The notes under the pieces are model-generated. The model saw only the letters and a program-made list of their open reading frames with translations. It had not been told where the DNA came from and made no database searches. From Lama guanicoe (taxonomy: Eukaryota): DNA of 64,000 nucleotides. This document shows positions 58,816 through 64,000 of this stretch, in pieces (position 1 is the stretch's first letter; each line of letters begins with the position of its first letter). The stretch is taken from NCBI GenBank assembly GCA_013239625.1, contig MU053934.1, forward strand, positions 11,447,003 to 11,511,002, in the 5' to 3' direction. The translations under genes were made by a program, and so were the position numbers.

Positions 58816-58940
58816 TTCTTTTTTGGGGGGGTGGGGAAAGGTGACTAGGTTTAGTCTTTTTTTAAATGGAGTTACTGGCCATTGAACCCAGGACGTCATG
58901 CGGGCGAAGCATGCGCTCTGCCCCTGAGCCAGACCCTCCG
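58816..58940 (-). mobile_element. tRNA-derived SINE, camelid Vic-1-like
   Basis: Minus strand reads GGAGGGTCTGGCTCAGGGGCAGAGCGCATGCTT...GTCCTGGGTTCAATGGCCAGTAACTCCATTTAAAAAAAGACTAAACCTAGTCACC...CCCCCCAAAAAA: A-box, B-box, then the A-rich/C-run/A tail typical of camelid SINEs. Confidence 0.8.
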
Positions 58941-59098
58941 CACCGAGGAGGAAGCATTCAGAGGCCAAGGGTGGGGGGGTCTGAGGTGTGTCTGTTCCTC
59001 CGATTCTACATGTGGTTTTCAGAGACGCCAGCTTTTCCAGGGGCTCTGGCCTGGAATCCCCGAACTGCGCACAGTATAAATCAAGGCCTCGTGTGTGA

Positions 59099-59141
59099 GT
59101 GCGCGCATGTGTGTGTGTGCGCACACACGTGCATGCACACG
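59099..59141. repeat. Alternating purine-pyrimidine tract with central palindrome
   Basis: 43 nt of RY alternation; GTGTGTGCGCACACAC (59113-59128) is a perfect palindrome. Confidence 0.85.
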
Positions 59142-60956
59142 ACACATGTGCAAAATGAGCGTGCGGATATCACTGAAAGTAAACAGACTGTCCAGCTCCA
59201 AATACCCTGCCTATTCAGAAGCCGGCTGCCGTGGCTGGCCAGAGCCCGCCTGAGCCCCGCAGCGCGCTCTGCCTGGGAGCATGTCCGGAAGCCCCAGTCT
59301 CACATTCGTAACACAGTGGACGAGACAGTCCTGCACACGAGCAGGGTGCATAGTAACAGAAAACGCAAAATTAATAGAGGATGTAAATAAATAGGCAGCT
59401 GAAGGGAGAGGAAGTGTTAAGAGCTGCTCAAACTCATTTTCATTTTATTCACAATCATACTACTGTTGTCCTACTATCTTGCACCTATTTGACAGGGACA
59501 CTTAAAATAATTGTCAGCGAGGCTGCAGGGTGTCAGGCGCTCCTAATGTGCATGGTGAGAATGAGAATTACAGCGATGTTCTGGGAGCAATCTGACCATC
59601 TGTTACCATTAAGAGGACAAATTTCCTTTGACTCCGAAGCCCAGAGAGTCTGGCATCCGGGGGCCGAGTGGGGGTCAGCACTGCAGTTTGCCACCGGCTA
59701 GGCTTGAGTCCAGGGCATCCGTCCCCCAGGCCTCTCCACCTCCCCCCAGCGTCCTCCGTGCTGGTCCTCCTTCCGGCCTCCCTTCCTCCTGTCTCCCACC
59801 AACCACCCCCCTCCTCCGGGAGCCCTGGGCTGTCTCTTCCCATCACCGCCCTCTTGTATCAGCCTGGCTGTCCCGTGTGTTCTGCGCTGCCCGCACCAAC
59901 ATGCCCCCCACCAACACCCGTCCAGACCCGCACGCCCGGCTCGCGCGATGCACTAATGGTAGGTTCCTTCTGGTCACGTGGCAAAGCAGCCCCTGGACTT
60001 GCACTCAGGCCCCATCTTTTGTTCACCCATCAACCTGTCATTCCAACCTGACCTGTCTTGTGCTGACTCCTGAGTGGTGCCCTGACGGGGGTTGGCCTGG
60101 AACACAATGGGAGCAGATGCACAGGGACCAGGAGAGCGGAGCAACTCTGAAGAAGGAGGAGGAAAAGCGTTTGGAGATCCCGCTGAGGTCTCCACCCCTG
60201 GGCCCGGCCGGGAAGGCGAGGGGGTGCCCTTGGGGAGCAGGGTGGAGGGGGTGCTGTTCCAGGAAGGGGGTCTGTGAGCAGAGGCCTGAGAGGCCGCAGG
60301 GGGGTGTGGGGAGCTTGCAGGGGGAGCTGGGCTGGGCCTGGAGGAAGTTGGCTGGAGAGCCCTCAGGAAGGCGGGCCCCGCCTGCACCCCGCAGGGATCC
60401 GTGCCACCTCCCTGCACCTGGAGTGGGTCCTGGCCCCACCGCCTTTTCCAGGTGGGCTTTCTTGGCAGAGGCGCAGGCAGAGGCCTCCGGGACCCCCCTG
60501 AGGCCGTTCTCATTAGTGACCTTGAGGCAGCAGTTTGGCGCCATGAGTTTGCGTTTACAGAGGCTGAGCCCAGCTCCGGCAGGTGGGGAGCGGGTCTGGA
60601 CTCAGGATGCAGTCGCAGCCCTGTCTTCTCCCCACGCCTCGAAGGGCAGCGTCCGTGTGGCCTTTTACTCACAAAGGCTCTCCTCCCAAACCCGCCTCCA
60701 GACCCCTGACCCCCTAACAGCCACTGTGCCGACCTGCCGGCGTGAGGATGCTGGTGCCGCCTGAGACAGCACACCCGGAACAGGGCCCGGACTCAGGCGC
60801 CCAAATGCTGTCTCCCCCGCGGAGGAGGGAGGAGGGCCTTTGTGAAAGTCGGCAGAGCCACGCGTCCTGAAGACAGAGGCCCGGGGCGTGGGGCTGGGGG
60901 CTGAGCTCCCGGGGCGCGGGAGGGCGGCCCCTTGTGACCGGACAGAGACCAGGTGC

Positions 60957-61006
60957 NNNNNNNNNNNNNNNNNNNNNNNNNNNNNNNNNNNNNNNNNNNN
61001 NNNNNN
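60957..61006. other. Assembly gap (50 N)
   Basis: Run of 50 n, flanked by very GC-rich sequence. Confidence 0.99.
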
Positions 61007-61179
61007 GGGGCACCAGGCTCCTTGGCTGGTCCAGGTAGGAAGACCCGACCTGCCCCTCAGTCCTGGCGGCCTGGAAATTCCTGCGTGAGGTCTCCTGGGT
61101 CCTTCATTTGCTCTTTTGTGAGTCGGGGGCAATGACAGTAAAGGGTCTCCACGTGCCAGGGTCACCTGTTATCACCCGC

Positions 61180-61800
61180 CTTCCCTCAGTCCCCGGACGG
61201 AGGGGGCTTCTCTGTGCCCCTCCCCCGACAGCCGGGTGGGGGAAACCGGGAGCTGGTACCTGACCGACCCGACGGGCCCGGACCCCTCGGCGAGTCAGAG
61301 ACCCGGCCCCTCCGTCCTGGTCCCGCCCTCCCTCCCCGGGGCTCTGGGAGCTGGGGCGGGGAAGATGCGCCCCACCCACGGGGTGTGGCCGGCGAGGCTG
61401 GGCTGCTTCCACGCCAGCGTCCCCCGCGGCCCCCACGCCCTGCTCCGCGGCCAGAGGGCTCCTCTGACTCTGGCTCTCGGGCCCCTAGCGCTTCCCCTCC
61501 TCCGGCCGCGCGGGGGGTCAGAGCCCGGGAGGCGGGCCGCCCCGGGCCGCGTGGAGGGTCTGGGATGACCACTGGGTGCGGGTTTGGCCTTCAGCCCACG
61601 CTCCCGGGGAGCGCTGGCGCTGGTCGCCAAACCCCCTTTATGTTGGGGGCGGGTCTGCACGCGGATGCCCCGAGGAGGCTGCGTCCAGGTGGCCTTGCGG
61701 ATTTCTGGAACTTTCTGTGTGTCCAGGGCACAAGCGGTGCTGTCCTCACGGCAGAATCAGGCCCTGCAAGGCCCCGCAAGGCCCCGCTGCCGGAGCAGCG
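61180..61800. promoter_or_regulatory. CpG-island-like segment
   Basis: Very high GC with dense CpG and a GC box (GGGGCGGGG ~61352), next to the gap. Confidence 0.45.
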
Positions 61801-64000
61801 CCCTGCCTTGTTGTCATTCAGCTCAATTTTATATTTAAACCTGACTTCAAAGTTACATGAAATATTAAAACGGAAGGTTCTCCGGCGGCCTCCCCGGCTG
61901 CTGGCCTATTTTTAGCTCGAGCGCTGGTCCCTCTGAGCAGGCACGGGCCCTGGCCCGGCTCGCTGCTGTCTGCAGGGAGTGCAGGGGCTGGCCCGGGCCC
62001 GGGGCCATCGCTTGAGCCCTGAATTAAGAGCTTGAAATGTCATTTAGATCAAAATGGAAAGGAATTAGGATTCACAGCTCAGCCCACTCCCAGGAGAATG
62101 TCCGACCTGGGGCTCTCAGGGGCCTGGCCCGTGGATGACACATGCCTACAGGCCTCCCCCCGCTGCCCCATGCTGGGCGGACACCAGGGCTTTCCGGCCG
62201 CCCCAGGAGGGCCCTTGGTGTGTGGTCAGACCACGTGAGGGGCAGAGCAGGGCTGCTCAGAGGCGGAGGGACACGCAGGGCCAAGAGCATGGCAGGCCTC
62301 TCCTCTTGGGGACCGTCCCCTCCCGGCCAGGTGCCTTCTGGGAAGGGCAGGGTAGCCCCACCGCGGAGGCACAGCCACCCCTCCCCCGGAGCAGCCATGA
62401 GGGTGGGGTTCCCTAGATGGGGGCTCTCGTGGAGGCCTGGGTCCTCCAGCCCCAGGAAGTTGTCCCGTCCCCTCGCACCATGGCCCTGGGGGCAACCTCA
62501 GCTTTACTCTCCCTGCTTCAGGGTCTAGAACTTGCCCACCTCCTGCGTGAGGCCTGCTGCCCCCCAGGTGCAGTCAGGGCCCCTGGCCGTGGGGGATGAG
62601 GGACACTCACAGCAGCTGCAGCCCCTGGGCTCTGGGTGGGGAGCCGAGTGAGCCCCAAGCTTGGATTCCAGGTCTGAGGAAATGAGGGCTGATGGCCCCC
62701 ACATAGGTCCATTCACTCTCTCAGGAACCTTCCACCCGTGCAAAGCACCGAGCTGGGGCCGTGGGGGGATTGAGGACCCTCTGCTTCTAAGGAGGGGGAC
62801 CCACAAACAGAGGAGAGGGTGGGGGTCATCAGACAGGGCTGAGGACAGCGTCCAGGGACAGCAGCCCGGGGCCAGGGTAGGGAGCTGGGAGTCAGAGCTG
62901 CCCTGCAGCCCGGAGGATCCCTGCGGGACCTGGGGCTGAGAAGAGGCCGGGGGACTAGTTTCAGCAGATCCGTCCAGGAGCTGACCAGGGGATGGACGGG
63001 GGAGGTCCCTCTGGCCGGACCCAGAGCCAGAGGGCGTGTCTACATGGAGACCAAGCTGGGAGTGGTCCCGGTGAGGTTTGGCTGGGTGGTGGGGAGGGGG
63101 CTGTATGGATGCAGGACTGTTGCCTGAGTGATGTGGGTGGGGGCGCAGGGGGCACAGGGCCCGGGAGGCGGGGCAGGTGTGGGTTGGGGAAGAGCTGAGT
63201 CTGGGTCTAACAGATTGGGTCAGAGGTGCCACAGGGAACCTCGGTGGGCATCCTCCGTGGACAGACAGACAGACAGGTGGGTGTGGAGATCTGGCCAGTG
63301 CTGCCTGGCCCCGCATCTCTATGATTAAGCAAAACATTCACTTTCTGCTCTCCCCACCTCCCTGTGGATGTGCCTGGCCGTGGGAGGCCCCTGGTGTGGG
63401 ACAAGGCCCCTGGAAGGACCCTCCACTCGGTGAGGCAGGCAGGGCCGAGGCCAGAATGCAGCCCACCCCTTCCCTCCACGTCGGCTGGGAGCGGGGAAGG
63501 CAGGGCACGGCAAGCCCCCGTCTGCCGTCCTGGGGGTGCGAGCAGCCTGTTCACACTGGTCCGCGTCAACTGTGACCTCACCTAAGACACCGAAGGGGCC
63601 ACAGCAGTGATTGATTGCAGAGCCACAGCTGCGACGACCAAGTGTCCCAGCCACTCAGCTCCTCTGGGGACGTTCTGGCTCAGGGGATGCTTGGTGAAGA
63701 GGGAGGTGGGCACGAGGCGGTGGGGGGGGGTCCCTGCGTGGGGAGGTGACTCGGCAGCAGGACCCAGCTCCCTTCGTGGGTTCTTGGGAGAACCTCGCAG
63801 CGGCCCAGACCTCCCGGCACCTCCCGGCTCCTGGGGCAGGAACCTCTGAGGGCGGCCCAGTTGCCAGATTCAAATTCCACCTGAGGTCTGACAGCCAAGG
63901 CTGGTCTCCCCGGCTCTACCTCGTGCTAACCCTTTCTCGTGTTCCCCTAAATGAGAGTGTCCTTTGCACCTGATCCCGCTGAACAACTGCTGAACACCTC

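Noticed and set aside
58860-58940. Possible tRNA gene (A and B boxes)
   Set aside because: Degenerate boxes, no intact cloverleaf, and a SINE-type tail: it is a tRNA-derived SINE.
59628-60764. 378-aa plus-strand ORF and overlapping 266-aa minus-strand ORF
   Set aside because: Non-ATG start, low-complexity GC-driven composition, no recognisable motif.
1-64000. Assignment to a specific named locus or gene
   Set aside because: No recognisable coding exon; naming the neighbouring gene would need a synteny search.

Overview
This is GC-rich, CpG-rich placental-mammal genomic DNA, probably camelid: a tRNA-derived SINE at ~58816-58940 resembles the camelid Vic-1 family as I recall it, and I saw no Alu, B1, Bov-tA, PRE1 or Can-SINE copies. 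I find no supportable protein-coding gene. The ORF track is mostly Pro/Gly/Arg/Ser-rich noise, except for decayed LINE-1 ORF1p/ORF2p remnants. The window reads as intergenic or deep intronic. It contains (i) ancient repeats: two large collapsed L1M elements in opposite orientation, smaller L1, L2, MIR, MLT1 (MaLR), MER58 and MER5-like fragments; (ii) one well-preserved ERV-type solo LTR rich in CCAAT and octamer motifs; (iii) about 10 short AT-rich, apparently non-repeat islands dense in homeobox, PBX-HOX, MEIS, GATA, ETS, Oct, MEF2 and CArG motifs, which look like candidate developmental enhancers; (iv) microsatellites, alternating purine-pyrimidine tracts and G-run tracts; and (v) a 50-N assembly gap. 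The most striking signal is patchy, extreme AT-to-GC/CpG drift inside normally A-rich L1 sequence, with a sharp boundary inside one element, which suggests local GC-biased gene conversion. I could not name the locus and found no evidence for a novel coding system. Repeat family names come from my recollection of consensus sequences and need RepeatMasker/Dfam confirmation.
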